Notes under the pieces: generated by a model
What the model saw: the letters and a program-made list of their open reading frames with translations, nothing else
Databases searched by the model: none
What the model was told of the DNA's origin: nothing
Source: Chloroflexota bacterium
GTDB lineage: Bacteria > Chloroflexota > UBA11872 > VXOZ01
Length of the DNA: 64,000 bases
Direction of reading: 5' to 3'
NCBI GenBank assembly: GCA_965221905.1
Contig: OZ244922.1
Coordinates: forward strand, 3,424,001 to 3,488,000
Shown here: in pieces, positions 1 to 10,292 of the stretch
How the letters are laid out: each line of letters begins with the position of its first letter
How positions within the stretch are numbered: the first letter of the stretch is position 1
Translations under genes and position numbers: made by a program

Positions 1-190
1 TGCCGCTGCTGACCAAATCTCAAGAATCGTTAACGAACTCTATCAAGCTCTAGCAGTTCCGCAAGAGTTTTCTGCAGCGCATCTACGGGCAGCAACCACT
101 TTCAAGCCAGAAGCGGCGCGCGCGCTCGGGACACTCTTACAGGACTTGAATGAAGCGCTTCTGAAGGAAACTGAACATGGCTCTGCGTAG
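1..190 (+). CDS. 3' end of probable XRE-family HTH regulator (partial)
   Basis: Frame 2 is open from the window edge: AAADQISRIVNELYQALA...AHLRAATTFKPEAARALG...HGSA*; stop overlaps the start of the downstream HExxH peptidase. Confidence 0.55.
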   Translation, partial: AAADQISRIVNELYQALAVPQEFSAAHLRAATTFKPEAARALGTLLQDLNEALLKETEHGSA

Positions 191-731
191 AGGGTTTAAG
201 TCTGAGGCGGAGAGAATTGCGGAGGGCATCCGAAGAGAACTCGGACTGAGTTCCGCTGAATCGGTTTCGCCCGATGCAATTGCCGAACTTCAGGGTGTAC
301 AAATCGTGGCAGGCGACGAATTGATCCCCCGTCAACGATTTGTTGAGCTTGAAAATATACAAACAGGAGCCTTTTCAGCATGCACATTACGACCTTCTCC
401 CGATCGCGTTGTCATTGTGTTCAACCCTCTATCAGCCGAGTCCCGCCGCAAAAGCGATCTAGCCCATGAACTTGCACACCTACTCCTCAACCACAAGTTG
501 AGTCGGATTGAGAGGCTCGGTGAGATTTCCTTTCTAACATGCGATTCGGTTCAAGAGGCGGAGGCTTCCTGGCTATCAGGCTGCTTACTGCTACCTCGAG
601 CGTTGCTATTGTCGGAGGTCCGCAGGGGTTTGAGTTCTGTTGAAATTGCCGAGAAATGTGGTGTGAGTGAACAGATGGTGCGTTACAGAACTAATGTTAC
701 TGGTGTGCTAAGGCAGAGCCAGGCCCGCTGA
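177..731 (+). CDS. ImmA/IrrE family metallo-endopeptidase
   Basis: HELAH zinc motif, later E-x-EA motif, C-terminal HTH-like segment. Confidence 0.85.
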   Translation: MALRRGFKSEAERIAEGIRRELGLSSAESVSPDAIAELQGVQIVAGDELIPRQRFVELENIQTGAFSACTLRPSPDRVVIVFNPLSAESRRKSDLAHELAHLLLNHKLSRIERLGEISFLTCDSVQEAEASWLSGCLLLPRALLLSEVRRGLSSVEIAEKCGVSEQMVRYRTNVTGVLRQSQAR

Positions 732-1121
732 AAGTTGAGGCGCGCCACGGTTTAATGTAAGTGGCTTCGGCTAAAGCATGCGTTGTACCGTGAAAGTCAA
801 CGACTATTCTTGATCCTAGATTCTGGTTGGCTGGTCAATAAAGGGGGAGCTAATTCCTATGACAGGCTTCTGTGTACGCCGCCAGGGTGGGTTCGGCGAT
901 GCGGAGCCATGAGAAGCCGCGGGCGAAGCGTAGGGCGTCGCCGTAAGCCCACCTATGGATTAGATGGTCACGTTACCCCATTCTTGAAATCGCATCCCGC
1001 GCTCCGTTATAGTGAAGTATGGAAGAAAACGTGATCTTCCTCAAATACATTTTCTCAATTGCGTGCCAAGCGCCGGTCATAGCAGCTTGTCCGAGTAACA
1101 CGTAGCGGACAGGGTTAGTAT

Positions 1122-1286
1122 TTGGTGACTAGCACATGCTGTTTCAGTGAATCGATATTTTCGTGAAACAGCGCCTGTGTGAAACAGCATCTGCGTTTCA
1201 GCGAGATAGCATCTTCGTTTCAAGGAAACGGCGACTTTGTTTCAGGGAAACAGCATCTTCGTGAAACGGCATCTGCTAGTCACTAA
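1122..1286 (+). promoter_or_regulatory. long stem-loop upstream of pnp with internal short repeats
   Basis: 1122-1146 matches the reverse complement of 1262-1286 at 22/25; five GAAACRGC and four GTTTCA motifs. Confidence 0.5.
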
Positions 1287-1333
1287 CCACACGGCGGGCC
1301 GGGTGTGGGGCACGGGAAGGATTTTTCCGTCGT

Positions 1334-3676
1334 ATGATTCACAAGGTAGAGGCAGACCATGCCGGTCGTGCGTATAGCATCGAGACCGGGCGGTTTGCCG
1401 AGCAGGCCAGTGGTGCGGTAACGATCCGTTGCGGCGACGCGATACTTCTGGTCACGGTCACGGGCTCTAAGCCTCGCGAGGGGATCGATTTCTTTCCTCT
1501 TTCCGTTGACGTGGAAGAGAAGTACTACGCCGTAGGCAGGATTCCCGGTGGGTATTTGCGGCGCGAGGGCAGGCCGAGCGACGATTGCGTGCTGGCGGCG
1601 CGGCTTTGCGACCGCCCGTTGCGTCCGCTCTTCCCCAAGGACTATCGTAATGAAGTCCAGGTTATCATCACCATTCTCAGCGCCGACCAAGAGAATTCCA
1701 CCGACGTGATGGGCATTGTTGGGGCATCGGCGGCGCTCTGCATCTCGGATATCCCCTTTGGCGGACCGATTGGCGCGGTGCGCGTGGGGCGCATCAACGG
1801 TGAGTTCGTCATCAATCCGCTCATGTCGCAATTCGCGGAGAGCGATCTTGATTTGGTCATCGTGGGCACCCGCGACGCCGTGATGATGGTGGAAGCCGAG
1901 GCAGGCCAGCTACCCGAGACGGAGATGGTCGCCGCGCTGGAGCGCGGTCACGAGGCCTTGCAGGAGACCATCGCCATGCAGGAAGAGCTCATCAGCAAGG
2001 TGAGCAAAGCGAAGCATGAATACGTCCCCCACGGCCCGTCGGACGATCTCGTCGCGCAGGTTCACGAGCGCGTCGCAGAGCCCTTGGCCGCGGCATTTGG
2101 GGCACCGGATAAGGCCGCGCGCGAGGCGCAATTGGCCGAGATTACGGCAAAAACCGTGGAAGATCTCGGCGAACAGTTTGACGAATCGCACGTAAAAGAC
2201 GCCGTGCAGTCCGCCGTCAAAGCGCATGTGCGAAACGAAATCTTGCATGAGAACAAGCGGCCCGATGGACGCGGAAAAGCGGAAATTCGCTCGTTGTCCG
2301 CGGAAGTCGGCGTATTGCCGCGCACCCACGGCACCGGTCTCTTCCAGCGCGGACAGACCCAGGTGCTGAGCATCACCACCCTCGGCTCTGCCGGCGACGC
2401 GCAGCCGCTCTACGGACTTGAAATCGCCGACTCTAAGCCGTTTATTCACCACTACAACTTTCCGCCCTTCAGCACCGGTGAAACCGGACGGCTGGGGTCG
2501 CCCCGCAGGCGGGAGATCGGCCACGGCCGTCTCGCCGAGCGCGCCGTCGCGCAGGTGCTGCCCACCCGGGAGGAGTTTCCTTACACCATTCGGATAGTCT
2601 CCGAAGTGCTCTCTTCTAACGGCTCCACCAGCATGGCATCGGCCTGTGGGAGTTCGCTGGCGCTCATGGATGCCGGCGTACCGATCAAAGCGCCGGTGGG
2701 CGGTATTGCGATGGGTTTGGTGATGGGCGATGAAGGCGAGTACGCGATACTCACCGACATTCAGGGCATCGAGGACGCCCTGGGCGATATGGACTTCAAG
2801 GTGGCGGGCACCACGAAGGGCATCACCGCGTTGCAGATGGATATCAAGGTCAAGGGAATTACGTTCTCCATCATGGAACAGGCGCTCGCACAGGCGCGCG
2901 ACGCCCGCATGGCAGTGCTGGACGTGATGGTAGACGCGATTGCCGAGCCTCGTACCGAGCTATCCGACTTTGCGCCGCGGCTTGTTTCCGTCAAGATCAA
3001 TCCGGAAAAGATTGGCGAGGTAATCGGCCCCGGCGGCAAGATAATCCGCAAGATTCAGGAAGAAACTGAATCGAAGATTGATATCTCCGATGACGGCACC
3101 ATCGTCATAACCGGCGAGTCCAAGGATGGTGTCGAAAAGGCTGCAGAGACTATTCGCGCTATGACGACGGAACTCGAGGTCGGCGCGATCTTTACCGGCA
3201 CAGTATCCCGCATTATGAATGCCGGCGTATTCGTGAACCTGCCGGATGGACGGCGTGAGGGCCTGGTGCGCATGGGCGAACTGGCGGAAGACTACGTCGA
3301 ACGCGCCGAAGACGTTGCGGATGTGGGCGATGAGGTCATGGTCATGGTCATCGAGATCGACTACCAAGGCCGTGTGAACCTCTCTCGACGCGCGGTTTTG
3401 GAGGGATCGAGTCCTGCCGATCGAGCCGGATCGGGACGCGGCGAGCGCAGCGAGCGCGGCGGTTACAACCGCGGACGCGGTCCTTCATCGGATCGTCGCA
3501 GCGGCCCGCCTCGGGGCGGCCGGGGACCTCGGCGTGACGACCGCGACCGCGCGCCTGTGGCGTCCGACCGCGCGCCCGCGGCGACCGAAACAGACGGCGA
3601 CCGGAGCAGCCAGCCCGATTCGTCGCAAGATGATAGTCAAGGTAAGACGCCTGAAAGCTCTGGCAGAAAGTGGTAA
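1334..3676 (+). CDS. pnp: polyribonucleotide nucleotidyltransferase (PNPase)
   Basis: FFPLSVD, RREIGHG, SNGSTSMAS, GDMDFKVAG, KH (IGPGGK) and S1 domains, RG-rich tail. Confidence 0.98.
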   Translation: MIHKVEADHAGRAYSIETGRFAEQASGAVTIRCGDAILLVTVTGSKPREGIDFFPLSVDVEEKYYAVGRIPGGYLRREGRPSDDCVLAARLCDRPLRPLFPKDYRNEVQVIITILSADQENSTDVMGIVGASAALCISDIPFGGPIGAVRVGRINGEFVINPLMSQFAESDLDLVIVGTRDAVMMVEAEAGQLPETEMVAALERGHEALQETIAMQEELISKVSKAKHEYVPHGPSDDLVAQVHERVAEPLAAAFGAPDKAAREAQLAEITAKTVEDLGEQFDESHVKDAVQSAVKAHVRNEILHENKRPDGRGKAEIRSLSAEVGVLPRTHGTGLFQRGQTQVLSITTLGSAGDAQPLYGLEIADSKPFIHHYNFPPFSTGETGRLGSPRRREIGHGRLAERAVAQVLPTREEFPYTIRIVSEVLSSNGSTSMASACGSSLALMDAGVPIKAPVGGIAMGLVMGDEGEYAILTDIQGIEDALGDMDFKVAGTTKGITALQMDIKVKGITFSIMEQALAQARDARMAVLDVMVDAIAEPRTELSDFAPRLVSVKINPEKIGEVIGPGGKIIRKIQEETESKIDISDDGTIVITGESKDGVEKAAETIRAMTTELEVGAIFTGTVSRIMNAGVFVNLPDGRREGLVRMGELAEDYVERAEDVADVGDEVMVMVIEIDYQGRVNLSRRAVLEGSSPADRAGSGRGERSERGGYNRGRGPSSDRRSGPPRGGRGPRRDDRDRAPVASDRAPAATETDGDRSSQPDSSQDDSQGKTPESSGRKW

Positions 3677-3682
3677 GGAGCC

Positions 3683-4495
3683 ATGGCAGCAACGCGGGCA
3701 GAACCCCTCCGTGTCGCAGTGTGCGGCATCTTCGGGCGCGTGGGCACGACAGTCGCAAACGCAGTAGCGCGTGAGGATGACCTCACGCTCGTCGGCGGCG
3801 CTGACATTATCGCCTCAAGCGACGGCTTTGCCGCGGCTACCGGCCAATCGGTAGTCACTGAGACCGATTTGCCGACGTTGCTGGCAGATACGAAGCCTGA
3901 GGTCCTGATTGACTTTACTCGTGCCGATGCCGCCCGGGTGAACGTGCGCACTGCACTTGAAAACGGGGTGCATGCCGTGGTTGGCACGACGGGGATGGAA
4001 TTGGCGGAGATCGAAGCGCTGGGAGCGGTTGCGGCGCGCCACGACGTCGGTCTAGTCGTGGCGCCGAACTTTGCGCTCAGCGCGGTACTCATGGTCCATG
4101 TAAGCAAAATTGTCGGTAAGTACATGGACTACTGCGATATCGTAGAGTATCACCACGAGCGCAAGATCGATGCCCCTTCCGGCACCGCGTTGCAAAGCGC
4201 CCTCGACATTCGGGAGGCGCGGGGCAGCGACTTCATCTCCGTCCCCACGGAGAAGGAGACGCTCGTCGGCACCCGCGGCGGCGTGCATGGGGGTATCAAC
4301 GTCCATGCCGTGCGGCTGCCGGGGATGGTGGCCCATCAGCAGATTGTGTTTGGTGGTTTGGGGCAAACCCTCACCATCCGCCAGGACTCCACTAGCACGG
4401 AATCCTTCATACCCGGCGTGCTCATGGCCGCGCGCGCAGTACCGGAGCTCAAAGGCCTCACCCACGGCCTGGACGCCCTGCTCGGCCTGAATTAG
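3683..4495 (+). CDS. dapB: 4-hydroxy-tetrahydrodipicolinate reductase
   Basis: IDFT, VVGTTG, APNF, EYHHERKIDAPSGTA. Confidence 0.96.
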   Translation: MAATRAEPLRVAVCGIFGRVGTTVANAVAREDDLTLVGGADIIASSDGFAAATGQSVVTETDLPTLLADTKPEVLIDFTRADAARVNVRTALENGVHAVVGTTGMELAEIEALGAVAARHDVGLVVAPNFALSAVLMVHVSKIVGKYMDYCDIVEYHHERKIDAPSGTALQSALDIREARGSDFISVPTEKETLVGTRGGVHGGINVHAVRLPGMVAHQQIVFGGLGQTLTIRQDSTSTESFIPGVLMAARAVPELKGLTHGLDALLGLN

Positions 4496-4706
4496 ACGCA
4501 CAGTAAGTTTGGGCGAACTGGTAGCACAGGTTGCAAACCTGTGCTACTTTGTTATTGACAGCGTGTTCTGACATGGGGGTGCTTGGCTTCAATCGCTGCA
4601 TTCGCTGATAAGACCAACAGCGGAGGGGGCACACGGCCCTCCGAAGCGAAGTATCTTTCTGGGATAAACGCCTTGCGTACAGTAGGGATTGTAGAGGAGC
4701 ACACAC

Positions 4707-5318
4707 GTGGCGACGCTTGTAGAACCGCCCGTCGGACAAATCGCATTACGTCCCTTTAGTCTTGAAGACTACCACTGGCTGATTGAACATGGATTCTTCC
4801 ATGAAGATGAGCGCGTGGAGCTTATCCAAGGAGTCCTGCATCAAATGAGTCCTAAAGGTCTGCGCCACGCTGCCTGTCTTACGCGCGGCCTACGCATCTT
4901 CAATGCCGCCTTAAGCGATCGTGCTTGTATGAGAGCGCAGGACCCTATCACTCTGCCAGGCAGCAACTCAGAACCGGAACCCGATCTTGTTGTGGCCCAG
5001 TGGCGGGAAGATGATTATGCCACCCATCATCCGCTCCCGGAAGACGTGCTCCTTGTGATTGAAATTGCTGATTCAAGTTTGGATTATGACCGGCGCGTCA
5101 AAGTTCCTCTTTATGCGGCTTCAGGAATTTCCGAATTCTGGCTGGTAAACTTGCAAGAAGACAAGATAGAGGTGTATCGAGAGCCAACCAGTCCGGCCGT
5201 AGGTACGCCATACTATCGCCAGCACCAGATTACTTCCGTACAAGACACTGTTACTCCCACTCGTTTCCCCGATTGCGCTATTTCGGTGGAGGGCCTGCTC
5301 CCCCCGAAGCGTGACTAG
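4707..5318 (+). CDS. Uma2 family endonuclease
   Basis: RVELIQG, SEPEPD, VIEIADSSLDYDR, KVPLYA, EFWLVNL. Confidence 0.9.
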   Translation: MATLVEPPVGQIALRPFSLEDYHWLIEHGFFHEDERVELIQGVLHQMSPKGLRHAACLTRGLRIFNAALSDRACMRAQDPITLPGSNSEPEPDLVVAQWREDDYATHHPLPEDVLLVIEIADSSLDYDRRVKVPLYAASGISEFWLVNLQEDKIEVYREPTSPAVGTPYYRQHQITSVQDTVTPTRFPDCAISVEGLLPPKRD

Positions 5319-5558
5319 CATCGCGCCCCTACCACTTGTTCTGCACTTCGTTTGCCGCAACAGGTAGCGGTATCGGACACATGGCAGTTGCTCCGGCCGG
5401 CAAAGTGCTCCCACGCCTAACGCAGCGTTTCAAGACTGCAATACCGCCCTCCATAACCGCGCTTGATGGCCCGTAAGCCAATGGTCTTGGTATGATGGTG
5501 AGAGTACTCTCTAATTGAGCAGTCACGAGCAACGGCTAGTAAGACGTAGGACAAAGGC

Positions 5559-6626
5559 ATGGCAAATAGCGGCGGTTACAACGTAGGTGTTCTCGGCGCC
5601 ACCGGCATGGTGGGGCGTCTCCTTCTCGATATCCTTGTAGAGCGGGCATTCCCATTGAAGGACCTGCGCCTCTTCGCTTCAGCAAACTCGCAGGGAAAGA
5701 AAATACAGTTTGGCGGCCAGTCGTATACCGTTGAGGAGACGACGGAGGATTCGTTCGAGGGCTTGGACATTCTCTTTGCCTCCGCCGCCACCGGTGCCAA
5801 CCGCCACTTCTCGCCAATCGCCGCCCGCGCGGGCGCCACGGTTGTGGATGACTCTGCGGCATTCCGCATGGATCCTGACGTGCCTTTGGTCATCGCGGGC
5901 GTAAACGACGACGATTTACTTCAGCACAATGGCATCATCGCCGGGCCGAATTGCTCCACGATACAGCTCGTGCTGGCGATCAATCCCATTCATCAGGTCA
6001 ATCCCATCTGCCGCATGGTGGTTGATACCTACCAAGCGGTATCCGGCTGGGGGCGAGACGCCATGGTGGAGTTGGACGACCAGATCAAGGCCAAGGCTGC
6101 CGGCAATCATGATGAGCTCCCGCGGCAAATCTTCCGCCACGAGATTCTGGGCAATGTGCTGCCGGAAGTCGATTCGTTCCTCGAGGATGGGTACACCAAA
6201 GAGGAATGGAAAGTCATCCACGAGACTCGCAAGATCATGCACGCGCCGGAGATGATGATTACGTGCACTGCGGTGCGGGTTCCCGTGGCCGTCGGCCACT
6301 CCGAGGCCGTGCATATGGAGCTCACCCGACCCATGACCGCCGACGCTGTCCGCGAGGTGCTCGCAGGCGCGCCGGACGTGCGCGTGGTGGATGATCCCAG
6401 CCGGGGGCTCTACCCGGTTGCCACCGACGCGGCCGGCACGGACGACGTGCTGATCGGCCGCATCCGCAACGACGTCTCCCACGAGAACGGTATCGCCCTG
6501 TGGGTGGTGGCCGATAACTTGCGCTGCGGCGCGGCTACAAATGCGGTGCGTATTGCCGAGATGCTGATCGAGCGCGACCTGCTGCACGGCTCGGCTGCAA
6601 CGGCGGCAAGCAGAAGTAGCGATTGA
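5559..6626 (+). CDS. asd: aspartate-semialdehyde dehydrogenase
   Basis: GATGMVG, PNCST, TYQAVSG, VRVPVAVGHSE, DNLRCGAA. Confidence 0.96.
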   Translation: MANSGGYNVGVLGATGMVGRLLLDILVERAFPLKDLRLFASANSQGKKIQFGGQSYTVEETTEDSFEGLDILFASAATGANRHFSPIAARAGATVVDDSAAFRMDPDVPLVIAGVNDDDLLQHNGIIAGPNCSTIQLVLAINPIHQVNPICRMVVDTYQAVSGWGRDAMVELDDQIKAKAAGNHDELPRQIFRHEILGNVLPEVDSFLEDGYTKEEWKVIHETRKIMHAPEMMITCTAVRVPVAVGHSEAVHMELTRPMTADAVREVLAGAPDVRVVDDPSRGLYPVATDAAGTDDVLIGRIRNDVSHENGIALWVVADNLRCGAATNAVRIAEMLIERDLLHGSAATAASRSSD

Positions 6627-6908
6627 CCTCAAGTGCCTCAGCGACATGCCGACTGCGCCAAATGAGCATTATCCGACTTTCTGTCGAGCATGGTATCCAC
6701 TTCAAGGCCGGTCTGATTGACTTTGGTCCTGAGGTTGCAGGGCCGATCAGCCGTGCCGGTACCGTCGGACTCCAATTCTGCGTGCACGGGTAATCTACCC
6801 ACAAGTGCTTGGACACTCGCTCTGTTTGTAGCTCGGCGCGTGCCTGCAAAGGGCACAGCGACAACAGTCCTCCAATCAGGACCTCAGGTCTTAGACGACG
6901 CACACCGC

Positions 6909-7157
6909 CTACTCATATACTGCGACGAGTACGGCGTCGTGAGGGTTCTGTAAATCGTTGAAGACGACGATGCAGCGTTTGCTCACCGTGATGGCTGTGG
7001 CGTTGAGGCCGCGATTTACGGCAATGCCGTTGAGGAAGGTGGGAAACGAGCCGGTAATCTGCACGTCCGCCAGCCAATTCGGGGCGTCGAATGCCCTGAT
7101 GATGCCGCTCAAGGCATAGCCGGGCGCGATCCCGCCGGAGAACTCTGATTGTGCCAT
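6909..7157 (-). CDS. small beta-rich virion protein, possibly spike or baseplate OB-fold-like
   Basis: 82 aa, last gene of the cluster, AAGGA-type RBS; beta-strand pattern (GIIRAFD..WLADVQITG..CIVVFND..DAVLVAVY). Confidence 0.5.
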   Translation of the reverse strand: MAQSEFSGGIAPGYALSGIIRAFDAPNWLADVQITGSFPTFLNGIAVNRGLNATAITVSKRCIVVFNDLQNPHDAVLVAVYE

Positions 7158-7311
7158 GGTTTCTTGTTCCTTCGGATAAGGGCAGTTTTCTTGCCCTATG
7201 ACAAATGTGCGTCTGCCCTACGAACAATCGACTCTATAGGGTGTGGGACTTCCGGTCAGTTTTGCATGGACAAGCCCCCGCGCTAGGATTGCTTGCAATG
7301 ACGCGAGTCTC

Positions 7312-9280
7312 TTAGGCCTCATCCAGGTCCCCACACTGCAGAACCATCGTGTAGTCCGCGTCGTGGGGTGTGTAGCGGTGGCTGATCCGCGCAATGCGCA
7401 GCTTGCCGTGGGCAAAGCCCGTGGTTTGAAAGTCGACCACGTCGCCGATTTGGAGCGTGGGATTGTAGGGCACGTCTACGGCATACGCGTTGCTATCGCG
7501 GCGGACGCCCGCCAGCACCGCTTCCGCGCGGCCCTGGCAGTCTGCGGCCTGCGTCAATTGGGTGTCGGTGACAAGGACTGTTTGCTCGCTGCCGTGCGTT
7601 CGCACTGCATCCCAATCCCAGGCCTCGCCCAACACACCCTTGCCCTGCACCAACACGTGATTTATTCCGTTGCGCTGCTGCCATGCGCCGACGAATTCCT
7701 GGCCGGTGTACGTCCACGTCGTCTCATCCGTCTGTGGAAACTCACAATGTACCGTACCGTCCGCTTCCACCCGCCACTGGAGCGCATTGAGCGCCACCAG
7801 GCGGTCTATCATCGTTTGCCACGGTTGACCGGCATGCAGGGCAAAAGCAGGCAAGGCGCGGTCAAAGCGGCTATCGCCGTCGTCGGTCATACGCAGCGCT
7901 CCGGCGCGGTACCACGCCTCGGCAAGCAACGCGCGCACAGTATACCCATTGTACGACCACGTCTGCGAGACGCGGCGGCGCGCCTGCACGCTCACGTCGG
8001 CGGCCTCCACACGCACCGTGCGATTCGGTAAGAGCGTAATGCCCTGCACAACGAGCTCGGCCATCGGCGCCGTTTCGATACCACCATCGGTTACATATCC
8101 GGCGCGCACATCAAGGGTCGCGCCCGCCCGCAATGTCTTGCCAAGCCTGCCATTGAGCGCGTCGTCCGCGTTGTCCAGGAGCAGGCGTGCTGTGCTCGTC
8201 TCGTTCGTTTGCTCTTCCCACTGGAATTCCAGCACGCGGCTGGATACGTCTTGGAACTGGTCCGGGTTTGTGGCCGCATAGCCCTCGTAGCGGTGAGCGG
8301 TCTCATGGTTTAACAGCCAGTAGTGGCGGGCATCCTGCCGCAGCCACGAGAATCCGGCGTAAGACTCATCTTCCACCGGCGTCCCCTCGGCAAAAGTGCC
8401 CCAGGCGTGGGCCGTACAGTAACGCCAGCGCCCGAAGTTGAGACCGGAGACCACGCCGTAGTCCCGTTCCAGGTATGCCACGCGAAACGCCTGCTCAAAC
8501 CCACTGTTCTACCGTGGGTTTGAGCAGGTCTCGCTGCGCCGTGCTGTCATCCACCCGTGCGACGGGCGTGAGCGGCTCCCAGATCGCGCCGTCGGTGCGG
8601 CAGCCCATAATAGAGGTACCGGTCGTGCCCGGCACGCCGCCCCATAACGACAGGGCAAGATGCCACGCCGTGCCGTCCCACGTGCCGCCAATACCGCCGC
8701 ATGCCGAAAAGGCGCCGTGGGACCATTCGTCTGCCTGCCAGCCTTGACCGGAGTCATAGAGCCGGAAGACGGTCACGCCACCGCCGGACTTATCAACCGC
8801 CAAGAAGATGCTGCCGTTGCCGCCGTAGCAGAGCGCGCGCACGATCTGACGGGCATTCCAAAGAGTCTCCGGGCTGCCCCACGTGGCTCCGCCGTCGGAG
8901 CTCGTCCGGCGATAGACTGTGGTGAACGTGACATAGACCGCCATCACGTCGCCATTGGGCAACACACCCGCGGCAACGCCCGCAGCGCCGGTGACGCGGG
9001 TTTGCAGAGTTGACCAAGCGGTCCATTGGCTTGCCTGGCTGGGGTCGGCAATGCGCTGATACGAAACGGTGGCTGAACGCACGCCCCGCTCCGGCGAGAC
9101 GTCCACGCGCCAGAGCGCGCCGCCGGTGTCTACGAAACAGGCGCTGGCGGCAGCGGAGCGCGGGTCGGTACGATAGAGTTCGTAGTGGTGCTCACCATCG
9201 CGCAATGTAAACTGCATTGCCGGTTGCCGTGCCGGTGCGTCTACGGCTGCGGCCAGGGTGTCGGATAACGTGCGTGCCAT
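7312..9280 (-). pseudogene. large tail/baseplate hub-like protein split by a +1 frameshift near 8500
   Basis: ORFs 8495-9280 and 7312-8481 join into ~655 aa if one base is removed; N-half has BNR-like RTSSDGGATW; C-end VPYNPTLQIGDVV is typical of tail hub proteins. Confidence 0.65.
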
Positions 9281-9282
9281 TG

Positions 9283-9720
9283 CTAGACCTCCCGCAACAC
9301 TACGTGCGTTTCCCACTCCAGCAGCCATAGCCGCTCTTTACCAAAGGGAATTACCCGATCCTCGCAGGCAGCGAAACGCACCGTATAACTATCCTCCAAG
9401 GGATCGACGAACGCATGGTCCTCGTTCAACTGTCGATAGAATTCCCAGAGCCAGTCGTGCCACTGCCGCGCCTTGGTGGCGTTCGTCGTGCCGTCGAGAT
9501 TACGCACGTTACTGCGGCACATGACGACGAAACCAAACTCGCGCTTTCCTAAGCCGCTCTCGACGTACGAAATCGAGCCTGCCGCTGTCCGACGCGCCTG
9601 CGCGAGACGCGGTTGGGTCATAGTAAATGTGCCGGGCTTTACGAAGAATCCCACCGGCACGCCGCCGTTCACGTTGGCGTTGGCCAGCGTCACGTTGCAG
9701 TCCATCCCTATGGTTGCCAT
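9283..9720 (-). CDS. putative tail protein, paralog of 10293-10700
   Basis: Shared motifs MxTxGxDCxVxL, FVKPG, GxGKxxxxFxV, FxDxLxxxxxV, EWExxVxLxE. Confidence 0.6.
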   Translation of the reverse strand: MATIGMDCNVTLANANVNGGVPVGFFVKPGTFTMTQPRLAQARRTAAGSISYVESGLGKREFGFVVMCRSNVRNLDGTTNATKARQWHDWLWEFYRQLNEDHAFVDPLEDSYTVRFAACEDRVIPFGKERLWLLEWETHVVLREV

Positions 9721-9847
9721 ATGGTCAATACTCCCCTCTCATGTCGGTATTCCAAGAGAACTTCAAAAGGATGCACAATCGGAACTCCGGCGATGCAATC
9801 CCAAAACTCGCGATGCAATCGGAAATCTCACAAGGACGCCACTCTTC

Positions 9848-10220
9848 CCGTTCGCCCTGAGCCTGTCGAAGGGCTCTTCATGGCGCGAACCTCTTTTCCG
9901 TTCGCCCTGAGCTTGTCGAAGGGTCGTTGGGTCGAAGAGCCCTCCTTGGCGCGGACCCTTTATTCCGTTCGCCCTGAGCCTGTCGAAGGGCCGATGGGCC
10001 CTCCACGGCGCGAACCCTCTTTCCGTTCGCCCTGAGCTTGTCGAAGGGTCGAAGGGCCCTCCACGGCTCCAACCCTCTTTTCCGTTCGCCCTGAGCTTGT
10101 CGAAGGGTCGATGGGCCCTCCACGGCGCGAACCCTCTTTCCGTTCGCCCTGAGCTTGTCGAAGGGCCGATGGGCCCTCCACGACGCGATCCTCTTTTCCG
10201 TTCGCCCTGAGCTTGTCGAA
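9848..10220. repeat. tandem array of 7 REP-like units (ccgttcgccctgagcYtgtcgaa), period ~50-67 bp
   Basis: Copies at 9848, 9898, 9965, 10023, 10082, 10140, 10198; same motif dispersed at ~16819, 19955, 20017, 31021, 47617. Confidence 0.9.
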
Positions 10221-10292
10221 CGGCAGGCATCCGGTACAAACACCTATTTACCCTCGCCATGACGACCCGTTTGCGCTACCGGCCCACGCCCT

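Noticed and set aside
6535-6903. Extra cluster gene (MRRLRPEVLIGGLL...)
   Set aside because: Follows the last cluster gene with a weak RBS, but overlaps asd by ~90 bp and has no recognisable motif
9848-10220. CRISPR array
   Set aside because: Linkers are near-identical, the repeat is a dispersed REP, and no cas genes are present
9763-10260. Repeat-derived ORFs (LRQAQGER, PFDKLRANG)
   Set aside because: Translations of REP arrays
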